Part shown: positions 13,903 through 26,648 of the stretch, one piece after another
Numbering within the stretch: the stretch's first letter is position 1
How the letters are laid out: the number at the start of each line of letters is the position of its first letter
NCBI RefSeq assembly: GCF_009914755.1
Contig: NC_060926.1
From: the human T2T-CHM13v2.0 reference genome, Homo sapiens
Reading direction: 5' to 3' (one strand)
Length of the DNA stretch: 64,000 bases
Program-made: the position numbers and the translations under genes
The notes under the pieces: model-generated
The model's database searches: none
The model's input: the letters and a program-made list of their open reading frames with translations, nothing else
Told to the model about the DNA's origin: nothing

Positions 13903-14150
13903 ACTCACGCCTGTAATCCCAGCACTGTAAGGGGGCCGAGGAGGGCTGGTCAGTTCGAGACCAGCCTGACCAACATGGCGAAACCTTGTATCTACTAAAA
14001 ATATAAAACAATTAGCCGGGCGTGGTAGTGGGTGCTGAGGCAGGAGAATTGCTTGACACAGGAGACAGAGGTTGCAGTGAGCCCGATAATGGTGCCACCG
14101 CACTCCAGCCTGGGCGACAGAGCGAGACTCCGTCTCAGAAAAAAAAAAAA
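13903..14150 (+). mobile_element. AluS, 5'-truncated with internal deletions
   Basis: ctcacgcctgtaatcccagcact...gagcgagactccgtctc plus poly(A). Confidence 0.88.
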
Positions 14151-14895
14151 GCAAGCTGAGACGTAGAGTGTAAGTAACACGCCCCAGGTGTCTATCTTTG
14201 TTAGGCAACAGAGCAGGGAGTCAAATCGAGGTGTATTTAACACAGAGCACAATGTTATTTCCTCATTGTTCACTTGCAACTGTTTTTCTTGAGCTGCTTT
14301 CTCTTCCTCATCCTCTTTTTATAAACTAACCTTTGTTTTTGTTTAGTAAATAAAAATGTTTGAAACCCAGCATGTTAGCATATTAGCTAAATATGGTCTA
14401 TACTAGAATCTCACTGCACCAACTTTAAGACTCAATGAAAAGATAAAGTTTATCCATGTGGAGCTGACCTAAAAGAATAAGAAGACAACAGTGGTTTATC
14501 TTTTAAAATATTTTTCAGTTTAATATGCCCTTTATTTGATATGTTAAGCAATTTTAGTGTACTAATATGTTTCAATACCAAACTATATAGATGCATGAAA
14601 ACTATAGAGAAAAAACCCTAAATAAATCAGTAGCACTAAAGGACATGGTAAGCAATAATTATAGAAAGATTAAGAATTTTAGAGCTTAGAAAGAAATGAA
14701 TGAGAGAGAATTAAACATTTTGTCCATGTTAAGATTGCGTGACTGTTTTATGAAAGTAATCAGGTATACCTTCAGAGTTAGAAGAGATCAAATAGAACAG
14801 AGATGTGCCCTATATAGGAAGATTTTTTTCTATTCAGTAGATTCTTGTATCCTGAGAATTGGGTTCATATGAGTTTCATAAAGACTTCTCTACTG

Positions 14896-15085
14896 CATTG
14901 CTTTTCACAATATAAAGTGCGTCAGCATTGTCTAATAGACTTGTTAAAACATAGATTGTTGGGCTCAACCCCCAGAATTTCCAATTCAGAAGGTCTAGTT
15001 AGGATCAAGAATTTGAATTTTTAAGAAGTTCCCAGGTAATGCTGGGTGCTAATAGCCAGGGACCACATTTTGAGAACTATAACTC
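14896..15085. mobile_element. MER5A-like
   Basis: cttgttaaaacatagattgttgggc..ccccagaattt...gggaccacattttgagaac. Confidence 0.8.
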
Positions 15086-15382
15086 TAGCAGTGGCAGCTC
15101 CTTGCATCCTGTTTTCACACATCACTCTCTCTCACCCCTTTCCAGAGGAGAGATCCTGCCTGGGGTCTGCTCTTTACATAAACTGCCTCTCCTAATTTTG
15201 CCTTTTGGTCTTCTTTTTCATGAAAGTCAGACAGCCACTTTTATTCTCTGATGCTCACAGAGGCAGGATACATTGAAATTAGAACTAGATTGAGATTCTG
15301 GTGATGGGGTTTAGCCCTACACCTGCCACTAATTGCTTAGATATCAGTTACTTCATGTTTTAATTGAGGGATTGGGACTCTT

Positions 15383-15460
15383 TGATCCCTCAGGTATCTT
15401 TCAACTACTGATCCCTCAGGTATATTCAACTAGTTGATCCTTCAGGTATATTTCAAGTAC
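15383..15460. repeat. tandem repeat, 3 x 26 bp
   Basis: Unit tgatccctcaggtatctttcaactac, three diverged copies. Confidence 0.9.
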
Positions 15461-17243
15461 GTTTCTCCTCCCTGAATAGAATGTTATGCCTCAGTGGGCA
15501 CAAGAAAAATATTAAACATTTTCGGTGGCATGTGGTGATCTCTTAGGCATTTGTGCTCCTGTCCCATGTCTAAGGAGAACTCCACTTCACTATGGGGAAG
15601 TGGCTACAGTGCTCTGGGACTCACAGCCCTTGGTCTTTGGCCCTGGTTCTGTGTTTGAGCAACCTTCTCTGAGTCTCAGCTTCCTCATCTAAAAATTCAT
15701 GGACATGCATTCTATATATTATACAGATAAACAATCTATATAATAACTTTAGTTCTAGCTTCTGCTGACCACCTTAAAATTAATATGTGTCTATTATATG
15801 CCCATGTGGTAAATGACTTACATTAGTAAAACGTAAAAATGCTACATGTGATCTACCCCTGTGGTATTTTGTCAGTGAGCGGGTCCTTACTTATGAAGGG
15901 GAATAAATGTGTCATGCTATAATTTCAGATATTAATGGCTCATTGTGCTATGGTGATGCTACTTTCAGAAACACTTTCTCCCATACCCTTTAAGCAACAG
16001 AACAAATCACCTATCCTACATGTAATAAGTACCAAGTCTTACTGCGTGAACAATAATGGAGCCTGGATACAGATCATTTATTTCGTTTATTCTCCATTCT
16101 ATCTTTTCTGATCGTAGTGAAAAAGGAGTTAAAGCAAGTCTACTTTGGCCCTGGTTAGGAGCTGCAGGGAAATATGTGCACCACCTTTGTTCCCTTAGTA
16201 AGTGTAAGTTATAGACTCAGGAATGGACTGAGTTAAAAAGGAAACCTGATAAATGAAATTCTATATTTAATATTTGTAATTTTTAATATTTGTCTACAAT
16301 CAGTTGCCAAATACAATTCCTTTTGTCTGGAAAACAAGTTGGAAGGTCCCTACTATAATTGTGTCACAGTAGTCATGATGATGTGAATGCATTTCTTTTA
16401 TTACATATTCACCTAGTGAATGTGGGATTGCACCTTTATTCTTCAAGGAAGCAGCAGAACCCCATGAAAAGAGCATTGGCCTGGATGTCAGGAGAGCCAG
16501 GAACGCAGGGTTGAGATTGTTGTTTGGATAAGATATCTTTTTTAAAAATTACCTCGAGGTTGTATTTTATCCTTCAATTAAATAGAAACTGATAAGTTAG
16601 AAGTTGAGCTCAGAGAAGAGCATGGCCCTTTGAGCCCACGGAAGTAACTTTGGAGATTTCTACAGAGGTCAATACAAGGGTGAAGAGAGCATCAGGGTTA
16701 AAAACATTCAAGGCAAATATACTGGCACTTGTGTGAAAAGAAGGAAATCAGTAAGGTTCATTGACACTGAGGACATAAAAAGTAAAGTGCCATAAAAGAG
16801 AGTCAGAGACAAGATCATCAAGTAGTTAAAGAAACTCTTCCACTGACAATAGGAGACTAGCAGAAGTAAAGGCAAAAGAGCTGAAAACATCAATCCTGGT
16901 ATCAGAAGAAGGCTACTTTCCAATAGTCATTCGCTTCTCTTTTCAAAATGCCTTTCATACATGCATCATCTTTTACAAGCGTGAGTGAGGAAGTGCTTCG
17001 CAGGTGTTAGCTAAGTCAGGAGGTTAATGGTCTGAGTTCCGTTTTCTGAATCTCTGATTCACAGGCTACCCCATTCCTGATGGAAGAAGTAGGGTGAGCT
17101 CAGCCCCGATTAGTGTGCAGCCTTTCCTAACTTTCAACAGCCATGAAATTGATTTTTTTGTAAGCCTTCTATAACCATGATTGTACTTTCACCAGGCAAG
17201 TATCTTTGCAAACTAGATGACAAAATAAAAATATGTTGTTTTA

Positions 17244-17276
17244 TAACAAATTAAGCTGATGCAGCTTAATTTGTTA
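17244..17276. repeat. perfect 15-bp inverted repeat with 3-nt spacer
   Basis: taacaaattaagctg-atg-cagcttaatttgtta. Confidence 0.95.
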
Positions 17277-19091
17277 AAGTTCCTAATTATTTGGACACAT
17301 ACTGTCATACACAAATAAGTTAACTAAAAATGAATTAGCAATTACTCATTGGGAGTGGGCCAATGATAAAATAAAATTTAAAAAATCTTTAAAGCAATTT
17401 TATTTTTAAACTATGAGAACTTGAGATTAAAATAATCTAATACATTAACTTTTATAGTAGACTGTACAATATATTGACTACTGAGAGGTCTACAATGTTT
17501 AGTGTATAATGAATAAAGCAACTTTTGGACCTTGCGTTTATCCTATAGTTGGTGACCTAGAACACTTGGTTTCATAAACAAGTGAGTCATTTAAGCTATT
17601 TCCATTTCAGGCTTTCAATACACATATCAGGGCTGAGTTTATTGGCATGAATTCATCTTTAAGTTTTTTAAGTTTAAAACTGAAAATTTATTTCCAGGAC
17701 CAGGATTTGGTTGGCAATGTTGAGCCACAAAAGCTGAAAGAGTTTGAATTGAGAAAACATGGAAAATTATGGAAAATCTCAGCACCAGGGAAAAGGTAGA
17801 TCTTAGAATTCATCAGCTTTTCTTGACAATCCTCCTCACCCCAACAACTACCTGTTCAGGTACATCAGGTATTTTACTAGCACACAGTGAGCTTCAATTC
17901 ACAGACTAGAATTCAGACACAAGCTTTCAGTACTTTGTGGGAAAAGAAATATAGAGCAAGGATCCATTCTTAGATGTCCACAGAATGTAGGCAGAGATTA
18001 AGTAACAAGAAGGGTATCAGAGAGCAACTCAGAATTTACATGGAAATTGTGGTAATGAATCTGGGCATTGGTTACAAGAAGGAGCAAGATCTTCCACTGC
18101 AACTAGAAGCAAAGTCAAAACAAGGAAGCAGAAGCGCAAGATGGGTTTGGTGAAGAGACACTAAGATGTGAACCTTCACATGTCCTCTGTCCAGGGACTC
18201 GTTTGTCCCAGAGCCTGAGTGGGGCCTAGGTCTGAAATGGAATAGACATTTACAATTTTTTCAACATTTTGTTCTGCAAACATATCATATCCTAAAGACT
18301 GTACCTCTTCCCTGGAGGAGGACAGAAGAAGGGACAGTGGGAGAACCTTGAATGGACCAAGTTTGAACCTTGATCTTGACTAGGAGAACATATATTTTTG
18401 TAATTAGGAACACAATAATAATGAAGAGAGAAGATTAATAATTTTTTACCATCAATAGAAATGACACGCATGGGCTTGAGTAACTCCAAAGCTAAATTGA
18501 CTCTGTTTAAAAAGATTTTGAGGAAAGTTTGGCACATTTCAGTCATGATTTGCACAATTTGACCTAGCAATACAAATATCTGATGCCCTAATTACATGCC
18601 ACTTTTTCATATCTTTTTTTTTTCCTTTTAATCACTCAATCTTAGCAAGTGTTTGCCCTCAAAGTCCCAAAATAAGAGACTGGTGTTTTGAATATAATTT
18701 CATTAATAGAATTAGCATGATAGGCAGGGCACGGGATTTTTCCTTCTCTACTCTTCTTTCAGCCCATCTGGTCCAAAATGCTCCTCAGATGAGGTGAACT
18801 GCAACCACCATTTTACTCAGTTTATTCTCATGGTTTGAATTATGTCTCCCTGGAAGGGTTACTGCTATTGAAATCCCTTGTGCACTTTTTGAACAAATGG
18901 CTGCTGCCAATCCTATTACTCAAAATTCCACAGGGGAGTTTAGAAGGTGAGTTCCAAATTCATTGTGGCTGAACCAGAAAAGTATATTTGAGAGCAAAAT
19001 TCTGCAAAAGAATTTGGCAAGAGATTATTCTTGAGAGTTCTCTTTCCTTCTAAATGCCTAGAAATTTGGGTTGATTTTTATCACTTTAACA

Positions 19092-19302
19092 CAGTGTTTC
19101 TCAACAGCAGCATTGTTGACATTTGGGACTGAGTAACTCTTTTCTCAGACGTGTGTGCATTATGGGGTGTTTAGCAGTATTCCTGGCTTCCACCCACTAG
19201 AAACCACTAGCACCCCCTTAGCCAGTTTTGACCATCAAAAATGTCTCCAGGCATTGTCAAATGTCCCCTGGAGATAAAACTGCTCTTAGTTGAGAACCAC
19301 TG
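19092..19302. mobile_element. MER20
   Basis: Terminal repeats cagtgtttctcaac ... gttgagaaccactg; degenerate 8-bp TSD ctttaaca / atttaata. Confidence 0.9.
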
Positions 19303-19307
19303 ATTTA

Positions 19308-19647
19308 TTTATTTATTTTAATTTTTAACAGCTTTATTAAGGTGTAACTGATATACAAAGAACTGCACATATTTAATGTGTACAATTTGATGAGTTTGGA
19401 CACATATAAACACCTATGATACTATCATCACAATCAAGGTAATAGGCATATTCAACACCTCCCAAAGTTTCCTGTATCCTCCCTTTTTCTATGACAGGAA
19501 CACTTCACCTGAGATCTACCCTCTAAACAAAGTTTGAAGTGCACAATTGTTAATAGGCACTAGGTTATATAGTAGATCTCTAGAACTTACTCATCTAGCA
19601 TAACTGAAGCTTTTACACTCACCAAATGACTTCTCATTTCCACTACC
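19308..19647 (-). mobile_element. 5'-truncated L1 3' end (L1MA10/L1MB1-like)
   Basis: L1M 3'UTR in reverse complement; perfect TSD tgagaaccactgattta (19291-19307, 19648-19664). Confidence 0.88.
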
Positions 19648-22600
19648 TGAGAACCACTGATTTAATACCTTTAAAATACTTTGATTCTCTAGACAAGATG
19701 ACTAATTAGATTTGTAACAATATTACCAATAGATAGCTATCCATATGCAATCCTGTATTTTCTACCTTTAAAGAAGCACTATACATATGTACAATATAAA
19801 CATGATTAATATTGTCTTTTTCACATTACTCTTGCCATCCAACCAACAAAATGTAATATTGTCTCGATCATGGATTATTGAGCAATTGAGAACAAAACAA
19901 CAATAAAGATAAAACTATTAGGTGACCCATAAACCAATATTGAAATAAATAAGCACTGAAATAACTAGTAATTCTGTTTCTACAGCTAGGCCATTTTTGT
20001 ATTTTATCTCCCTTTTAAGGAGCTATTTTTCATTCATAGCACTGTTGTAAATTATGCACAGCAGACTTCTTCATTTAATAGGTTCAGGTCAGAGAGTGAT
20101 TGTATTTCAGCAGTTGGTATTCAGGGATTTTGTAATTTATGAGGTTTATTAATTTAGCAGATTATTTGCTTAAGATGCCACTATCCCTTCACCAAGCAAT
20201 CACTGTGAGAATTTCTGGTCAGTTTAGCATTTTTAAAAGAAGCTTCAGTATTTAGAACATTCTCATACCCCTCAAAATTATATAAATTCCACAAAATTTA
20301 GCACATAGGAAGTGATTAGAAGAGAAATAAACGAACTGTTTTTTCCTTTTGTGCATGTGAAGGAGGGTAAGTGGAAAACTGGAAGTTAGGGGCTGAGGAA
20401 GAGCACCTTATTGTTCCCTGGAAGATTCAACAGGGAGTGAAATTAGAAAGAAACAGGTACTGTAAACGCCAATATAGGAAGTGCTTACAGAATTAGGCCC
20501 CCTAAAGAGGGCAATCCCTAGCATTTCTGAGAGGATCTCGAATTGGTCCACTGCTTCTTTAATCACATTACAAAACAGGCAAGAACAAAAAGAGCAGGGA
20601 GGTAAATGGGATGCAAATGGGAGGTAAAGGACTCAGTGCCAGGTGACTCAGAAAGGTATAGGCAAGTTTCTTTTCTTTGTATTTAGAAATATGAACTATT
20701 GCCACAGGATATATTTAAAACAAGAAAATGGGTTATAAGAAATCATATAAAATGGTATTATTTGCAGGAGCTTATGTGTCCCCCCAAATCCAAATCTGAC
20801 TCTAGTGTCCTCTCAATGTCCAAATGAAAATGCAACCATCAACTGGAGTACTTTCCCAAGTATAAACATGTCACCAAATATCCTTCTTTAGCAAAAGGGC
20901 TTGGCTAGGTCATTAGAAGCCAACCAATATGACTAAAATGAATCAGATATTTTTCCTTTAAAATAGGCTTCCTGTATTCTTCATGGAAAAAAAAAAGCCT
21001 ATTTTTCCCTCCTTTCTCTCCCGTATAACCTTTCAAGAATCTTCCACCTGGTGTCAGTGGTGAACTCCTCTCTGCCTCATACATGCTTCCAGAATTTCTG
21101 CATCTTCACACATTTCCCTCACTTAAAATTACTTTCCACTCCTTCCTATCTGCATCTGATTATCCTTAAAGCTGTGGCTGAAGTCTCACCTCTTACTGAA
21201 TCCTTATTTGAACTCCATCCTCCACACCCACCTTGAAATAATATTATTAATCTCCAAACATTTATGGTCCTTGGTGCCAGGATCAGTCATTTGTCATTGC
21301 CACTCATTGTATATTTTAATATTTTAAATGTGCATGGTTTATATTCTCAATGATAAAATAGGAAGCTTATAGAGATGATTAATACTTCAGCATATCCTTT
21401 ATAGATAATTGCTATTTTTGAAATATTTAGGTGAAATTAATTGAGAAAGAGGTGGTTTCTCTTTGCTGCTTACATAACCTGACATTCAGACATTCCTCTC
21501 CTTTCTTTGTGACCTCCCCCCACCAATTCCAAGCATCTTGCTACCTGTACCCTGATCCTAACTAGTTCTGTGTTTCCACTTTCTCCCACAACCTCTAAGA
21601 TTGCATTGCCTCCTAGTATGCAACAAAAATGAGTTAGATGAATACCTGCCCATAGTGAGTCAAATTATTAAATTAGATTCATACCTGCAGATTAATACTA
21701 GCCCATGAGTGAGCCAAATTATTAAAGACAAGTTAATCTGGGCTTTTTGTGCATATTATATGTGTATGTGCATGTGTTTGTGTGTACTTATTTGGGGAAA
21801 GAATGGAAAGATTCTCTCAATATTCTCAGATTATGCCCCCTGGCTGCTGCCCAGCGTACGTTGATGAGCTGCTTACAGCTATCATCTACTGGTAAATGAA
21901 AAGATAAAATGACTCAAGCTAATAAATATGATGTAAATGATTTTAATCCACATTTGTAAGACATCTAAAAGAATAAATGATGTGTGATTATTCTCAATGA
22001 GACTTTTTTAAAAGTTAGTTTTAAAGATGTTCATTTTGTTACCCCAGCCTTCTCATGCCAATGCATTTTCTCTTCTATGTGTCTTGAACTGGGGTCAGAA
22101 TCCCTTGCAGCAAGGCCTGGAAATATAAAAGGAGATTCTTTGTTCTTATAAAATTAACCTAAATTCACAACTTCAATGTGATAGCATTAAAATTTAATAT
22201 TAATTCTATACCACTTAGGGCTTTAGTTTCCAACTTTACATAACGGAGAATGATTGTACCTTCCTTTATCTTCTTTTTTCTCTTTCTGTATAGCTATTTT
22301 AAATGTTCACTGGTTTTCTTGAAACTTAGCAATCAGATAAAACTGTCTTGATTGATGTTACAGAATCATGGATTTCCCCACCAAACCAAAGGAATCCTTC
22401 CTCATTATCTCTGGTCTCTTCAGCTAGGCCATGCTCATCTTCAGGTAAATGTACTTATTCCCTATCTTCTCAAATCAGCTATCCACTTTTCTCCAGCCAA
22501 GCTTGGCTGTAAATTGATAAAATCTCCAGTTGTCTTTGTGATTTCCCTACAGAGTGCAGCTGGGTCCCTTTCAGTTTAAAAGAAACAGGTGTGGGGGTAA

Positions 22601-22911
22601 CTTTGCTCAACCTTTAAAAAATTGCTGTCATAAAAGACAGAGATGGAGTGGTGACTTAAATATATATTTTTTTGAATGGCAGAAACATCTTACTCTTATG
22701 GAATAGGAAATTCATGAAACATAAAACTGGCTAATCACAAAGCATCAGGCTTACTGACTGCTTCCATTTGTTCTTCATTTTTTTTTTGGGCAGGAAACTT
22801 TGATATTCAAGCTCACAGCTTTCAAAAGCGCTGAATATACTCAGAAAAATTAGAAACAGTGAGGTTAAATGGGAGTATTAGCTTTCAATCCTTCCAAACT
22901 TGGTAAACATC

Positions 22912-23106
22912 AGAAGACATTAGTCATAATAGAAGAAGTGATGAAGTAGGAATTAAAAACCTGGGGTTCCAGTCTCATCTCACATAAACTAGCCAAGAGA
23001 TCTTTGATAGGTCATGAAAGCTTTCTGGACCTCAGGATTCTTATCTGTAAAAGGATGAAATTGAACTAGATAACCTCTGAGTTATATTCCAGAACTAAAA
23101 TCCAAG
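22912..23106 (+). mobile_element. MIR (MIR3/MIRc-like)
   Basis: acctggggttccagtc...cctcagg..cttatctgtaaaa...tgaactagataacctctga. Confidence 0.7.
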
Positions 23107-23399
23107 GGCTCAACCTAATATTTTTAGACCTTTTAAATTTCCTCTGGTGCATAATAAATGCAGGTTTGTGTTTTATCTAGAAAGAATGAGAGAGATTTAG
23201 GAGTAAATTTGTAATAATTTTTGACTTAAGACCAGAGATGCTAAAGAGAAAGTTGGGTTCATAGGGATATAATGGGAAAGCATCCACCTATTAATGTTCC
23301 ATTCTTAGACATGAGCATATGTAAAGTTGACACTGTTTTAAATATCCTCTACTCCTTATTCACCATTATTACTCTTAACAATATTTTTATTATTGCCGC

Positions 23400-24080
23400 T
23401 GTGTCAGCAGGTTGGCTAAGATTTGGTTGATCTCGGCTGGGCTTGGCTGGTACCTCTACTTTAAACCACTGGTTTGTGGGCATGTTAGGGTGACCCTGAT
23501 TCATATGTTTCTTGTCTTTTCATGCCAGAGATTTCAGCCAGGGCATGTTCTTCTTATGGTGATGGTAGATGTTTAAGAGTAATCTTAATTTATAGATGAG
23601 AAAACTGAAAGCCAGAGAGGTTAAATAATAACAACACCCATTTCAAAGTAGATGAAGAAAATAAAGGGGGAGAGGAGAATGATTCTTTGGTTTATGTAGG
23701 TGGAAAGTCCAAATGGATGATCTGGCTTCAAGGCACAGCTGAATTTATTGGTTCAAATGATGTTCTTGGGTCTCTGTCTCTCTCCATCTCTTGGTTCTGC
23801 TTTCTTCTGTATTGGTTTCATTCTCAAGCTGATGCTAGCTGCCTGAAGCACTGGCCTTAAGGCTCATAATACAGAAGACAAACATTCTACCTTGTTGTTT
23901 ATATAACATTTGCAAAACTATTAGACTGGCTGAGCTAGAGACAAGAACTTGCAAGAACTTGTACACGCATAGCCTTGAGATAAGAGAAGTGAGGCCATTT
24001 GATGTCAGCGTGGAGTAGGGGAGGGAATCCCTGAAAGGAAAAGATGCTGAATTGATAAAAACTTACAGATGCCTGCTCAA
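23400..24080 (-). mobile_element. old MaLR/ERVL LTR fragments (MLT1J/K, LTR33-like) with MIR pieces
   Basis: tctcggctgggcttggctgg, gggcatgttcttcttatgg, ctggcttcaaggcacagctg motifs. Confidence 0.5.
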
Positions 24081-24600
24081 GTGTTTACCTAAAAGCCTAC
24101 AAAAGTGGCAGAGCCAGGACTAAAACATTTATTTCCTTGACAGTTAACTTTAATATACCTTGTACACATTAGTGATGTTCTCTATGTCCCATTCTCATAG
24201 TGGTGGGAAGCAGGTCTGCCTAATGATGAATCAATGCCAACTCCAAGCCCTGGGGAGACAGAAATGATGCCCAGGACATATATATCTCCTATCTCTGGAT
24301 CTCAGAAACACATTTGGGCCACTCATTTAATCTCAAGTGATCCAATACATTGAAGCTGGTCAGAATGTCCAACCAGCCGACTCTGTTTCTTAATTCCTGA
24401 AATAAATGGCTCATTGTGCTGGTAAGAGTGACCATACCTATTTGTGTATGCAATCCCTCTATACAATTGAGGGGAAAAAAATCACATAGTTTATTATTTT
24501 TAAAATATATCACCCCACTGCTATGTTTGTTTTATTCATCTTTTTAAAAACAAAACCATAGCTCTATGAAAGACTTTACTAAACAGAAAGTGATTATTTC

Positions 24601-25105
24601 TGTGTTAGCTTCCTAGGGTTGCTATAACAAAGTGCCATAAACAGGGAGTCTTAAAACAACACGCATTAATTGTCTCGCATTCTGGAAGCTGCAAGTCTGA
24701 AATCAAGGACTTGCTGTCTCTGAAACTTGCAGGGGAGATATCTTTGCTTGCCTTTTCCTAGCTTCCGGTGGTTTTCCAGCAATCTTTGACATCGTTGGCT
24801 TGCAACTGCATGACCCTAGTCTCTGTGCCTGTCTTCACACGGCATTCTCCCTGTGTCTCTGTGCCTTTGCATGCCCATCTTCCTGGGAGGACACCAGTCA
24901 TGTTGGATTAGGGGCCTACCTTTTTCTAGTGTGACCTCAAGGATACCAGTTGTGGTGGATTAGGGGCCCACCGTTTTCCAGTGTGACCTCGTCTTAACTA
25001 AGTATGTCTGCCACGACCCTATTTCCAAACAGAGACACATTTGAGGTCACTGGAATTAGGACATCAACATCTCTTTTTGAGAGAGACACAATTCAAATGA
25101 CAACA
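24601..25105 (-). mobile_element. MLT1C-like solo LTR with internal 52-bp tandem duplication
   Basis: TG...CA ends, ctagggttgctataacaaa start, accctatttccaaa motif. Confidence 0.85.
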
Positions 25106-26337
25106 GTCCTTGGCAGGATAAAGGGTTAAAACTAAGGGAACTGCTGGTTGTTTGACACTCCACTTAGTAAGTGTTACTCCTCTTGGCCTTCCCTGCTCTT
25201 TCCTCCTCTCTTTTCCCCCCACCACCTTCCCTGTCAGAATTTCCTAAGTACTTTCAACCTCAGGAGACAGATAATGTCTTTATATTTAACTTCCAAGGGA
25301 ATTTTTTCCACATTAATTTATCATATCATACACTGATCCATGAGGTAAATTCGGCAAACTTCATTATCTCTTTTCAGTAAGTGACAAAAGATAAAGACAC
25401 CCAGAAATATGGAATGTCTTGTCTAAGGTCATTCAGCTGGGTGGTAAAGCTTGGATGAGAAGGAGAATGCCTAATTCTAACACCTGAGATTCATTCGCCC
25501 TGTGCTGCCTCCCAGCTCCAGAAAGACTCAAGGATTTGGTGACTTTTAAATGGGTCTTTCCTTTCTATATGTGCCACAGCTTCCCAGGCCCATCACATAT
25601 CCAGCCATGTCTCTGCTTTTCACGGAAGGTTGACAATTCACAAAACTTTAAACGCATCCTGAGAGCTTTCCTAAGCTGTGTGGTCCTATTTTAACTGCAA
25701 ATTGGGCATCTTCACTCGGAGGTTCTTTAAATATGGTAAGTCAGTATTTCCTCCCTCCCAAGATTCATTCCTTGTCGCAAATTTCCCCATCTCTGTTAAT
25801 GGCCTGGGACCTCTTACCACTCCTACATCCATGTAGGAATCTATCTCATTGCTAGACCACATTGCATTTACCCCCAAACTCTCTCAGATCTCTCTCTTCC
25901 TTTCTATCCCAATTGCTGCTGCTTTTGCTGGATTCTTCATCAGTCCTGCCTGAACTGTTGGTTTTCCTTCCCCACTGTTCCCTCCCTGCTCCAGCTCATC
26001 CTCTACACGGCCCCTAGAGTCATTCTTAAAATGGTCAATTTAAAGTTCTTCAGTGGCTGTGAGAGCTGAACTATAAAATAAAACCAAGTATTAATGGACA
26101 AGATACTGGAAACATCGGGGGAACTATGGCAGTAAATTTGACAAGGGTAGTTGTATTATTAAAAATATAGAAAGATAGTCTTAAATTTCTAAGCTGTCCA
26201 AGAATATTACATACTCAAAGAAGAGTTCAGGTAAATAAAAATGGTTGGCGAGAGGGAGAAAATGTATATATGGCAACTTTGAGTGACTTGCTCAGTTTTT
26301 CTGTTAATGTAAAACTGCTCTATAAAAATAAAATCTA

Positions 26338-26648
<311 letters not shown>

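Noticed and set aside
15383-15460. Regularly spaced repeats as a CRISPR array
   Set aside because: Head-to-tail tandem units with no spacers, in mammalian DNA with no cas genes.
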